Shown here: piece after piece, positions 23,827 to 35,585 of the stretch
Numbering within the stretch: the first letter of the stretch is position 1
Layout of the letters: each line of letters starts with the position of its first letter
Origin: Malacoraja senta
Lineage: Eukaryota
Direction: 5' to 3'
DNA length: 64,000 bases
NCBI GenBank assembly: GCA_038087875.1
Contig: CM075988.1
Coordinates: forward strand, 25,856,001-25,920,000
Position numbers and translations under genes: made by a program
The notes under the pieces: model-generated
What the model was told of the DNA's origin: nothing
The model's database searches: none
The model's input: the letters and a program-made list of their open reading frames with translations, nothing else

Positions 23827-25089
23827 TAGGAAGTAGAGGAGTTGGGAAGGCTAGGGAGAGGGAAGTTGGGACGGGGGCAAGGTGGGGAACAGATGGGAGC
23901 GTAACGCTGCCTCCAGCTTCTGCTGTTCATGCTCCTGTAAGGTTCTTTGTTATTTTACAGAACTAGCAATCACTTTGGGACTTTCTCCTTAATGAATGTT
24001 GACCAATGCATTTTCAAACTTGGACCTTTTAAGTGGTCATGATGTGTTGATTGTTCTGTTCCTGTGACCCTCTCTGAAATTCCCAAAAAAATACTGATGT
24101 GTTAATCTAATTTATTATGAGACTTCTAGGTGTAAATTGATACAGCATGACTTGGTTTCCTACTTAACAGCCTGCAATCTTTCTAGCTGCAGTAAGTGTT
24201 GCCCATTTTTGTTTGGTTTTCCTGTTGTTTCTGCATTAAAGACCACCTAATATGGTGACTATTCTGGGCTTCTCACTTCAGTGATGTGATTCGCATTGAT
24301 CACCCTCTTCATGGCATGAAGCTGGCAAATGGTCAGCTTCTTAAGTAAATAAGTTTATTGGCCAAGTATTCACATACAAGGAATTTGCCTTGGTGCTCCG
24401 CCCACAAGTAACAACATGATATACAGTGACAGTTACGAATGACTCAGAAAACACTAATCATTAATAATAATAATAAGACATTAATGATAAAACACCATTG
24501 ATCAAGCATGTGAACCAACAAAATACCAGATCAAAGGGAGGCTACAGATTTTTGGCTGTTGAGTAGAGCAACTACTCGTGGATAAAAACTGTTTTTATGT
24601 CTGGCTGAGGCAGCTTTGACTGCCACAGCCAGACTTTAAACCACTGCAAGTGACTGATTGATTGCGTGGTTTACTCAGATACTACCAGAGGGTAGTTAAC
24701 CATGTTGTTCTGGGATTGGAGACACAGGGAACCCTGAATAAGTACAGCAGATTGGCATCTCTAAACCTACATTAACGATCTAGTTGGGATCTTCTGACAA
24801 ATTGCCTGCCCCTGGGTTGTGCTCGTTTATATTGGCGCACCTGAAGAATGTATGAGAAGGAGCAGGAGATTGAAGCCCTCAAACATTCTCCATAAAAATT
24901 GTCCTCTACATAGGACTTTTGCCAACATGGATTTTCTTGTGATTTGACACGGGGGAGGAATCACTGGATTTGAGGAAGGGCCGGCAAAGTTATGAAGTGG
25001 GATGTTGCAGCAGGTTTCAGAGCTGAATGGCTCATGTTCTAATGTTTAATGTCTTCCAGTTCTTAGACTGTTTTTCCTTGTCTTTGCAG

Positions 25090-25117
25090 GTATTGAGGAC
25101 ACAGCTGCGTTGTCCCC
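25090..25117 (+). CDS. PDZD3: PDZD3/NHERF4 28-nt micro-exon
   Basis: ccttgtctttgcag| xGT ATT GAG GAC ACA GCT GCG TTG TCC CC |gtaagt. IEDTAALS resembles human LQDTASLT (recalled), and the phase joins exon 28930. Confidence 0.75.
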
Positions 25118-25486
25118 GTAAGTACTGCTCCCTTTGATCGCTAGACATTACACTGGATTTTAAGAGGAATGAAATTTAACGTAGCATTATATTGCTAGAC
25201 AGTTTTGAGTCAGTAACCTGCTTGAAGAAAGAGAACCAAATGTCAGCCCAAATTTGATCAGTCTGATCAAATCTCCAGAATATCTGCAGTTCAGAATCTA
25301 AAACAGTGCTGTCGCAGTGGCACTGCTTTATGAAGGATTTATGTCTTTCAAGGTCAATACTTTTGCAGCTCATTCCTCTGGAGTGAAGGATACAGAGGGA
25401 TGACCTTATGGAGGATTAAAAGTCATTTAGATAGATTTATAGATAGGGAAGGTTATGAGGGATATAGACCTCTGACAAGGGTGAGG

Positions 25487-25908
25487 ACAATAGACAATAG
25501 ACAACAGGTGCAGGAGTAGGCCATTTGGCCCTTCGAGCCAGCACTGCCATTCAATGTGATCATGGCTGATCATCCACAATCAGTACCCCATTCCTGCCTT
25601 CTCCCCATATCCCCTGACCCCGCTATTTTTAAGAGCCCTATCTAGCTCTCTCTTGAAAGCATTCCAGAGAACCTGCCTCCACCACCCTCTGAGGCAGAGA
25701 ATTCCACAGACTCACCACTCTCTGAGAAAAAGTGTTTCCCCGTCTCCGTTCTAAATGGCTTACTCCTTATTCTTAAACTGTGGCCCCTGGTTCTGGACTC
25801 CCCCAACATCGGGAACATGTTTCCTGCCTCTAGCGTGTCCAAGCCCTTAACAATCTTATATGTTTTAATGAGATACCCTCTCATCCTTCTAAACTCCAGA
25901 GTGTACAA
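25487..25908 (-). mobile_element. CR1 LINE 3' fragment abutting a Penelope-derived repeat (25909-26000)
   Basis: Translation LYTLEFRRMRGYLIKTYKIVKGLD...; (gacaata)n tail. Confidence 0.88.
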
Positions 25909-27619
25909 GGAAGGGTCTCGACCCGAAACGTCACCTATTCCTTCGCTCCATAGATGCTGCCTCACCCGCTGAGTTTCTCCAGCATTTCTGTCTACCTTAG
26001 ACCTCTGACATATGTGCACCTGTGACAAAGGTAGACAAGCCTGACTAACTCAGGACGGCACCTGTTTCACATGGATGAGTTGGGTGACTGTTTCATGCTG
26101 GATGACTCTGTCTTCTATGGAATAGGAGTTCTTCTGGAACTGAAGGAGAAATATCTTTGTAGAGGGTTGAAGATATCAGAAATTATCATGCTGAGGAGAA
26201 ATTAGATTTTCACTTGTTTTATACTTTGATGAAAGGCATTTTTGATAAACAAGAGAATTGAGAGGTTTGGAGACGGGGTTATAAATGTTGTGCTTGGTGT
26301 CCTCGTCCTGTAAGAAACCGCCACAGCCCTCTGTGCCAACACGTGGACCTTGAACCCATCTCAGCTGTGCTGACTAACCCAGATTGCATACAATTAAAGT
26401 CACACTGAACCTGAGTTAATTTAATAACTGAGCAATTTACTTAGTTGAACATAAATTGATTGTGTAATTACACACGAAAATGGAAAGTCTGTAATTAAAC
26501 CCGATATTGATGCTTCCATAGGAAATGAGATATGTTAAAAATCAACAAAGCTGTTGGGGACTTGGAGTCAATGTGGTTGTTGGGATCAATGTGCAAATAC
26601 TCTCCTTCCATCTTAGGAGAGTAAAGGTTAGCACATTCCCTGATCAACCAGTTCTGATTAGTCCCACTTCTCCTGACGCCCAATCATCTCCCTCCATCTT
26701 GTCCATTGTTCCCCTTCAACCTGACTCACAAGTTCACAAGTTATAGGAGTAGAATTAGGCCATTCGGCCCATCGAGTCTACTCCGCCATTCAATCATGCC
26801 TGATCTCTCCCTCCTAATCCCATTTTCCTGCCTTCTCCCCATAACCCTTGACACCCGTTCTAATCAAGAATTTGTCCATTGCCCACTGACTTGGCCTCCA
26901 CAGCCCTCTGTGGCAATGAGTTCCACAGATTAACTAACCCTCTGACTAAAGAAGTTCCTCCACCACTCCAGTTTCTCAATTCCGTTTTCTCTCTCCACAG
27001 ACACGGTCTTATCTGCTGGCTATTACCACTATCCCCTTTTGTTTCAGATTCACAGCAGTTGCTTTGTCCTGCTTGTCACGTTTACAATGTCTCCCTCTCT
27101 TTCTTTTCCCTCTAAACTGCCAAGACTGAAGTCATAAATACATTATCTACACGGCCTTGCCCTCCAACATACTTTCATGATTAGTAAGGGTGCCGAAGGT
27201 TACAGGGAGAAGGCAGCAGAATGGGGTTGAGAGGGAAAATTAGATCAGCCGTGATCGAATGGCAGAGTAGACTCAATGGACTGAATGGCCTAATGCAGCT
27301 CCTCTGCCTCATGGTCTCATCAACCCCCCTCTGTGCAACTTCAAACATGCTTGTTTATAACTTTTCCAGTTCTGATGAAAGGTCAATAACCTGAAACATT
27401 GACTCAGCCTCTCTCCCTACAGACACTGCCTCTGCCACTCAGTATTCCAAGCACTTCTGTAAACATTTCAGCTATCCTGCATGGGGAGTTGAGTTCGTTT
27501 AAACATCTCATTCTACTGTTCATGACCTTGAAACAGTTCTTAGCCAACAATACCGAAGGAAATAATAATACAGAAATATGTCTCGGAGTTTATAGTAATC
27601 TCTGAAATGACTGGCTGAT

Positions 27620-28066
27620 GTTCATAAGTTCTTGGAGCAGAATTAGGCCATTCAACCCATCAAGTCTACTCCACCATTGATTCATGGCTGATCTAGCTTT
27701 CCCTCTCAACCCCATTTTCTTGCCTTCGCCCCATAACCCCTGTCACCCTTAATAATCAAACATCTGTCAATCTCCACCTTAAAAATATCCACTGACCTGG
27801 CCTCCACAGACTCTGTGGCAATGAATGCCACAGATTCACCAGCCTCTGACTAAAGAAATTTCTCCTCATCTCCTTCGTAAAGGAACTTCCTTTAATTCTG
27901 AGGCTGTGACCTCTGGTCCTAAACTCTACCATTAGTGGAAACATCCTCTCCACATCCACTCTACCCAAGTCTTTCACTATTCGGTACATTTCAATGAGGT
28001 CCCCCCTCATTCTTCTAAACTCCAGCGAGCACAGGCCCAGTGCGGTGAAACGCTAATCATACGTTA
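27620..28066 (-). mobile_element. CR1 LINE 3' fragment
   Basis: Translation MRGDLIEMYRIVKDLGRVDVERMFPL...RTRGHSLRIKG. Confidence 0.85.
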
Positions 28067-28494
28067 GCATTCTCAGCAAGCTTTCAACCAGATCATAGTG
28101 ACCACAACTGTTTTTAGTGCCGTTCTTCCAAAACATCCTCACCACATTCACTCTAACTAGGCCTAGTTGTTGGTCCCTGGAATCCACTTGGATAGGGATG
28201 CTTATGTCCTTGTGATTTACTTATTTGTAAAGTGGAATTGAAATTCAAAGAAAAGTTGGAAAGGTAAATATGAAACTTGTTACTTCTAACAGGAGAGCCA
28301 GTAATCTGAGGATATAATTTTCAGATAATTGGGTAAAACGTGTGGCAGAGGGGAAGAGATTTTTTGTTTCATTGCGAGTTGATTTGAGCTGGAGCATACT
28401 GCCCAAATGGATGGTGAGAGTGGATTCAACTGGAACTTGGAAAAGGGAAATGATTAAGTATTGGCAAATGCAAGAACTGCAGAACCAAAAGGAG

Positions 28495-28780
28495 AGGCGC
28501 AATGATAGAGTTGTTACCTTACAGCGTCTATGGGTGCTGTCTGTACGGAGTTTGTACATGCTCCATGTGACCTGCGCAGGTTTTTTCTGGGTGTTACGGT
28601 TTCCTCCCACACTCCAAAGACGTGCAGGTTTGTAGGTTAATTGGCTTCAGTAAAATTTTAAATTGTCCCTAGCGTGTAGGATGGTGCTAGTTAGTGTATG
28701 GGGTGATAGCTGGTTGGCGTGGACTTGGTGGGCCATAGGGCCTGTTTTTACGCTGCACCTCTGAAGTTTGAAGTCTAAAG
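28495..28780 (+). mobile_element. HE1/V-SINE-like SINE
   Basis: Central domain and tail of the SINE family. Confidence 0.75.
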
Positions 28781-28929
28781 AGAAATGGCAGGGGATTGGA
28801 GAAATCAGAAAGCTTGGTCAAAGAGCCAGCATGGTCACATTGGTAGAATGGTCTCTTTCTGATGTGTAGGATAGTATGACAAAAGAATAAAATTGATCAT
28901 AATTTTATCGTGTGCATTTTTTTTAACAG

Positions 28930-28994
28930 AAAATTTACCTTCAATCCTAAAGAAGGGATCGATAATCCCGCCTTGGTCATAAATGATGATGTTG
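28930..28994 (+). CDS. PDZD3: PDZD3/NHERF4 N-terminal exon (65 nt)
   Basis: ttttttaacag| ... g|gtaaag; KFTFNPKEGIDNPALVINDDV resembles human KFKFNPKLGIDNPVL (recalled). Confidence 0.9.
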
Positions 28995-29136
28995 GTAAAG
29001 TAAACAAGGCATTTGATTGAAAACAGTTTTATGATATGATGTGTACAGTAGATAAGGGCCTTCCCCAAAGACAATTAACCTTCCCCAAAGCCCAAGCAAA
29101 AGATTTCAATGAGTTCTCGTCAAAACAATGAAGTTT

Positions 29137-31641
29137 TAACCATATAACCATATAACCATAACAGCACGGAAACAGGCCATCTCGGCCCTTCAAGTCCATG
29201 CCGAACATTAAAAAAAAATTTTTTTTTTAATTAAAAATAAATACTTCCCCCTAGTCCCATCTACCTGCACTCAGACCATAACCCTCCATTCCTTTCCTGT
29301 CCATATACCCATCCAATCTATTTTTAAAGGATAACATCGAACCTGCCTCCACCACTTCCACTGGAAGCTCATTCCACACAGCTACCACTCTCTGAGTAAA
29401 GAAGTTCCCCCTAATGTTCCCCCTAAACTTCTGTCCCTTAATTCTCAAGTCATGTCCCCTTGTTTGAATCTTCCCTACTCTCAATGGGAAAAGCTTATCC
29501 ACGTCCACTCTGTCTAACCTGCTCATAATTTTAAAGACCTCTATCAAGTCCCCTCTTAACCTTCTGCGCTCCAAAGAATAAAGACCTAACTTGTTCAACC
29601 TTTCTCTGTAACTTAGTTGCTGAAACTCAGGCAACATTCTAGTAAATCTCCTCTGTACTCTCTCTATTTTGTTGACATCCTTCCTATAATTAGGCAACCA
29701 AAATTGTACTCCATACTCCAGAATTGGCCTCACCAATGCCTTGTACAATTTTAACATTACATCCCAACTTCTATATTCAATGCTCTGATTTATAAAGGCC
29801 AGCACACCAAAAGCTTTCTTTACCACCCTATCTACATGAGATTCCACCTTCAGGGAACTATGCACAGTTATTCCTGGATCCCTCTGTTCAACTGCATTCC
29901 TCAATTCGCTACCATTTACCGTGTACGTCCTATTTTGATTTGTCCTGCCGAGATGTAGCACCTCACATTTGTCAGCATTAAACTCCATCTGCCATCTTTC
30001 AGCCCACTATTCCAAATGGCCTAAATCTCTCTGTAGACTTTGAAAATCTACTTCATTATCCACAACACCACCTATCTTAGTATCATCTGCATACTTACTA
30101 ATCCAATTTTCCACACCATCATCCAGATCATTGATGTACATGACAAACAACAGTGGACCCAACACAGACCCCTGAGGCACCCCACTAGTCACCGGCCTCC
30201 AACCTGACAAACAGCCATCCACCATTACTCTCTGGCATCTCCCATTCAGCCACTGTTGAATCCATCTTGCTACTCCACCATTAATACCCAACAGTTGAAT
30301 CTTCTTAACCAACCTTCCATGAGGAACCTTGTCAAAGGCCTTACTGAAGTCCATATAGACAACATCCACTGCTTTACCCTCATCAATTTCCCTAGTAACC
30401 TCTTTGAAAAATTCAAGAAGATTAGTCAAATATGACCTTCCAGGCACAAATCCATGTTGACTGTTCCTAATCAGACCCTGCTTATCCAGATGCTTATATA
30501 TATTATCTTTAAGTATCCTTTCCATTAATTTGCCCACCACTGACGTCAAACTAACAGGTCTATAATTGCTAGGTTTACTCTTCGAACCCTTTTTAAACAA
30601 CGGAACAACATGCGCAGTACGCCAATCCTCCGGCACTATTCCCGTTTCTAATGACATTTGAAATATTTCTGTCATAGCCCCTGCTATTTCTACACTAACT
30701 TCCCTCAATGTCCTAGGGAATATCCTGTCAGGACCTGGAGACGTATCCGTTTTCATATTTTTCAAAAGTGTCCGCACCTCCTCTTCTTTGAATCTCACAG
30801 TTTCCATTGCTACTCTGCTTGTTTCCCTTACCTCACATAATTCCATATCCTTCTCCTTCGTGAATACTGAAGAAAAGAAATTGTTCAATATCTCCCCCAT
30901 CTCTTATGGCTCTGCAGATAGCTGTCCACTCTGACTCTCTAATGGACCAATTTTATTCCTTGTTATCCTTTTGCTATTAATATAGCTGTAGAAACCCTTT
31001 GGATTTACTTTCACCTTACTTGCCAAAGCAACCTCATATCTTCTTTTAGCTTTTCTAATTTCTTTCTTAATATTCTTTTTACATTCTTTATACTCCTCAA
31101 GCACCTCATTTACTCCATGCTGCCTATAATTATTGTAGATCTCTCTCTTTTTCCGAACCAAGTGTCCAATTTCCCTTGAAAACCATGGCTCTTTCCATTT
31201 TTTACTATTTCCTTTCAACCGAACAGGGACATAAAGATTCTGTACTCTTAAAATTTCACCCTTAAATGTCGTCCATTTTTCTTCTACATCCTTCCCATAA
31301 AACAACATGTCCCAATTCACTCCTTTTAAATCCTTTCGCATCTCCTCAAAGTTAGCCTTTCTCCAAACAAAAATCTCAACCCTAGGTCCAGTTCTGACAC
31401 TCTCCATAATTATATTGAAACTAATGGTATTGTGATCACTGGACCCGAAGTGCTCCCCGACGCATACCTCCGCCACCTGCCCTGTCTCATTTCCTAACAG
31501 GAGGTCCAGCACTGCCCCTTCTCTAGTAGGTACCTCTATGTATTGCTGCAAAAAACTATCTTGCACACATTTTACAAACTCCAAACCATCCAGCCCTTTT
31601 ACAGAATGTGTTTCCCAGTCTATGTGTGAAAAATTGAAATC
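29137..31641 (-). mobile_element. 5'-truncated CR1 LINE, ORF2 reverse transcriptase, two in-frame stops
   Basis: Three same-frame ORFs (31689-30904, 30900-30007, 29988-29251) with NYRPVSLTS, QHGF, DFSKAFDKV, SGVPQGSVLGP and YADD; (TAACCATA)3 tail at 29137-29160. Confidence 0.95.
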
Positions 31642-31904
31642 TTTGTCTAGGTGAAATCTTTGTCTAGGTGACAAGATAAATTCTGTCACTGAAGCAGAAA
31701 CACGTTATTTGATATAAAAATAAACAGGTAGAATTTCTGTTCTGAAAGGTCCGGGTCAAAGTGGATATTTCCACGATGAATCGTAAATGTATTGTATACC
31801 ATCCACGATGATTGATGTCAAGAAGAAATAAATTAAATGTGAAAAGATAGAGAAAACTCATGCAGAATATGAATACTAGCATGGATCAAATGGGCCAACA
31901 GCCA

Positions 31905-32480
31905 AGGCCCACTGCATCTCCTGCTGCTAACCATTTTACCTCCCCTTCCCATTCCCATGCTGACCTTTCTGTCCTGGGCCTCCTCCACTGCCAGAGTGAG
32001 GTCACATACAAAATGGAGGAACAGCACCTCATATTCCACTTGGGTAGCTTACAGCCCAGCAGTATGAACATTGAGTCCTCCAATTTTAGGAAATCTCTAA
32101 CTAACCCCAACCCCCGCTCCCCCCACCTTCTCCCCACACCCATCCTTTCCCCCAACTCCTTTCCTCCCCTGTGCCACATCTGGACCCCCACCTATTTCTC
32201 TGCTTACCTCCCCCCCCCTACCTTTCTCCCTCTGGCTTCACAATTCATAGCTCTTCAATCTCGTCTCGCACCTAGTACTTTTATCTCTGACCTATCTGCC
32301 TATCAACCCCCCCCCCCCTCGTCTGTGTCCACCTATTACCTACCTTTCCCCTCTTTCAGCTTTATTCTTCCCCCTCTTGTCCCCTGCCAACAATCACTGA
32401 AGAATGGTCGCAACGTCGCCTATCCATATTCTCCAGATGCTGCCTGACCTGCTGAGTTTCTCCAGCATTTTTTGTCTACT
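31905..32480 (+). mobile_element. Penelope-like element 3' end (GIY-YIG endonuclease C-terminus, pyrimidine-rich UTR, terminal repeat)
   Basis: PAANHFTSPSHSHADLSVLGLLHCQSEVTYKMEEQHLIFHLGSLQPSSMNIE is typical of PLE endonuclease ends. It is followed by a degenerate CTGAAGA...AACGTC at 32397. Confidence 0.8.
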
Positions 32481-33655
32481 GCTCAAGCACTTTATGTCCT
32501 TTTCTCTGTAATAAAATGTGGCTATGAAAGAATTCCTAGATAAACTTGGAATAGTGGCAGGCTGTTACTCGAGAATTTATTAGTAGGTTGTTACTCAAGA
32601 GTGACCAAGTTGGTCTCTGTCTTTCACTAACCTCTGGTGTAGCCATTCTAGACATTTAAATTTTTTAAAAACAATTTTAATGAATTTGTGGATGTTGACA
32701 TTTTTAAGGATTTTAACTTTATTCCTGATTGTACTGTGAAAATGATTAGATTTATTTCTTAAATATCAGTATTGATACAGCTGTTTGGAAAATATTTAAG
32801 GATCAATAATGTCAGTGTGAAACTGGTGGCCCTAGAATGGGTAAGGACAGCCAGTGTCTTAAAGAAAAAAAATGTCTAGTATTTAATGGAAAAGTGTAGA
32901 GAGTCACAGAACGCCACCGCCAAATCAATTGGATTGGACTTTCCAAGTGTCAATCGTAGCTCAGTGAGTAACAGTCTTCCCTGACTAAGGTTCAGCTTGT
33001 CTTGCACAACTCTAATACAATGCGGGCCAAAGTCCTACTGTTCCCGCTGACAATGCCAGAGATGCCCTGCGTCTTTACAATGCTGCCTCTTAGACAACAC
33101 TTTAAGCCTCCTCAAATAGTTGTAAAAAAAAATCAAAGAGGGGATTCTCCCTAGCAAATATTTATTCCTCAAAGAAGTATCACTGAAACATATTTTAGTT
33201 TATTAGTAGGTTGTTACTCGAGAGTGACAAAGTTGGTCTCTGTCTTTCACCAACCTCTGGTGTAGCCATTCTACTGACCTTTTAAAAAAATATTAACCAA
33301 AATTTAATTAATTTAAATTAATTCAGATTTAATTTTTTTCTGGATCAAACTTTTGCATTCCATTTGAATGCTTAAGTATGGCAACATTTGAACTCACTTC
33401 GCCTTAATTAATATTCTACACCTCTGGAGTACAACCCATGTAGCTCTGTTACCAGATTTGATTCTGACCCAAAACAATGTTATCTGTTTTCTCTTGAGTT
33501 TAGCCAATACAATTTTTGTCCTTATTTTATATTTCCAGCCTCTATTGTCATGGTTTGATTTCATTATCAGTTCTGTTTGAAAAAACAGGTCTGAAGTAAC
33601 TTCTTCAATGTTTGGAATTTAAATATCCTTTTTTAATGTTGTGTTATCTATTCAG

Positions 33656-33867
33656 AATTGTCAGTCTTGATCAAGCCCAGAGTCTGTGTCCTGTCTAAGA
33701 GGAACCATGAGGTGTTTGGCTTCTACCTGCGGGCTGAGAAGGGGAGGCAAGGACACCTCATCCGACAGGTGGAGCCTACAAGCTATGCTCAGCTGGCTGG
33801 GCTCTACGATGGCGACAGGGTGCTGGAGATCAATGGGGACTACGTAGATAACTTGGCACATTCCATG
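33656..33867 (+). CDS. PDZD3: PDZD3 exon (PDZ1)
   Basis: tctattcag| ... atg|gtaagg; KPRVCVLSKRNHEVFGFYL...LYDGDRVLEING. Confidence 0.93.
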
Positions 33868-34274
33868 GTAAGGCTGCTTTACCCTTGGGACACAATCGCT
33901 TACATAATCTAACTAAGAATGATCACACTGCGAGAGCATACCCAGACAATTAATATTTTTATCCAGCCTTCTGATAACCATGTCTTTTGGTCCAGGAACT
34001 CTGTAGATTGATCTCCAAATATTGTCGTCTCTTAAAATACTTTTCTAGAAAAGTATGGCACATGGAGGGAAGGTTGAGGTTCAAGCCCCACTCCAAGAAA
34101 TTGAAAACGTATTGACTGGATGTGATCAAATAACCCCCCACCACACCCCCCCCCCCCCCTCACTCCAATGCACCCAACATTGGTCACAGGGTACACCCTT
34201 GCCTGTGACTACATAGCTCCGGCCCCCTCCTCATCATTGCTTTTCCACAGGGAAATAGAGTCCGAGAAATTTGT

Positions 34275-34480
34275 AAGAAGGAACTGCAGATGCTGGTTTA
34301 AACCAAAGATTGACACAAAAAGCTGTAGTAACTCAGCGGGACAGGCGGCATCTCTGGAGAGAAGAAAAGGGTGATATTTCGGATCTGAAGAAGGGTCTCA
34401 ACCCGAAACGTCACCCATTCCTTCTCCCCAGGGATGCTGCCTGTCCCGCTGAGTTACTCCAGCTTTTTGTGTCTATCTTA
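34275..34480. mobile_element. Fold-back Penelope-derived element with hammerhead core at 34385-34412 (+)
   Basis: Inverted arms; core CTGAAGA-A-GGGT-CTCA-ACCC-GAAACGTC. Confidence 0.75.
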
Positions 34481-34915
34481 GGCCTAGATATTTGTTCACC
34501 AACACCTTTCCATTAGTCACCATTTAAATATTCGATCTTTCTATTTCTTCTATCAAAATGGATGACTTAATATATTTCCAAGTTACATTCTATCTGAATG
34601 TCCTCACCCATTCACTTAGCCTTCTTTTCCCCCGGAGGCTTCACTGTATTTTCCTCATGACCCAAATGGTAATCTAGCCTTGAGACTCTGGATACAATGA
34701 CAGAGCTGGAGAGGAGTGAGGCACTGTGTATATTGTTCAGGAGATAAACCGTCCAGCTACATTGCACCCTATAAACTCACCTGACTCAATTATATTCCCC
34801 CTTTCTATAGTTGTAAGATTTTTGTCTCTTAAAACCTCACAGAAAAATCCTTGTTACAATAATTTATGAAAGGCATATGTTATTCCTAATTTGTTTCTAA
34901 TCTTCTCCCTGGTAG

Positions 34916-35117
34916 GTTGTGGAGAAAATAAGGCGGAGTGGCAACAAAATCATCTTTCTAGTTGTTGATGAAGTCTCCTATGAAGATGCCAAAATGAGGA
35001 ATCTGAATCTTGCAGATTTTGTACAGGCTGAACACGGGACCCCACGTGGTAAACCACGACTCTGCTATGTAGAAAAAGGCCCCGATGGATTGGACATTCA
35101 GTTGTGCTCTCCTGAAG
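34916..35117 (+). CDS. PDZD3: PDZD3 exon (end of PDZ1, start of PDZ2)
   Basis: ctccctggtag| VVEKIRRSGNKIIFLVVD...KPRLCYVEKGPDGLDIQLCSPE g|gtattg. Confidence 0.9.
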
Positions 35118-35272
35118 GTATTGATCACCCGTTTATCTTTCCTCGCCCTTCTTCCCCTCAGAGTTTCATTACGAGACATCTCACATCAGCGGTGCAGTTT
35201 CATAACTTTTGTCATCTTTCTGACTCCTATCTTCTTCAACACAAGATCACCTCCCACCACCTCATCTGTCAG

Positions 35273-35585
35273 GAGTGCCACAGCTGGTAGAGTGCTGCCT
35301 CACAGCACCAGAATTCTGGGTTCCATCCTGACACTCCGGTCGGTGGTGTCTGTGTGGAGTTTGCACGTTCTCCCTGTGACAGCATGGGTTTCCTCTGGGT
35401 GCCCGGGTTTCCTCCCACGTCCCATAGACATGCGGATTTGTAGGTTAATTGGCCTCTGCAAAGTTGCCCCCAATGTATAGGGAATGGGTGAGGAAGTGGG
35501 ATTACATAGCACGTGTGAACGGGTGATCGATGACCAGCATCGACTCAGTAGGCTGAAGGGCCTATCTCCATACTGTATCTAAGCT
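35273..35585 (+). mobile_element. HE1/V-SINE-like SINE
   Basis: Central domain gtgtggagtttgcacgttctccctgtgac... Confidence 0.75.
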
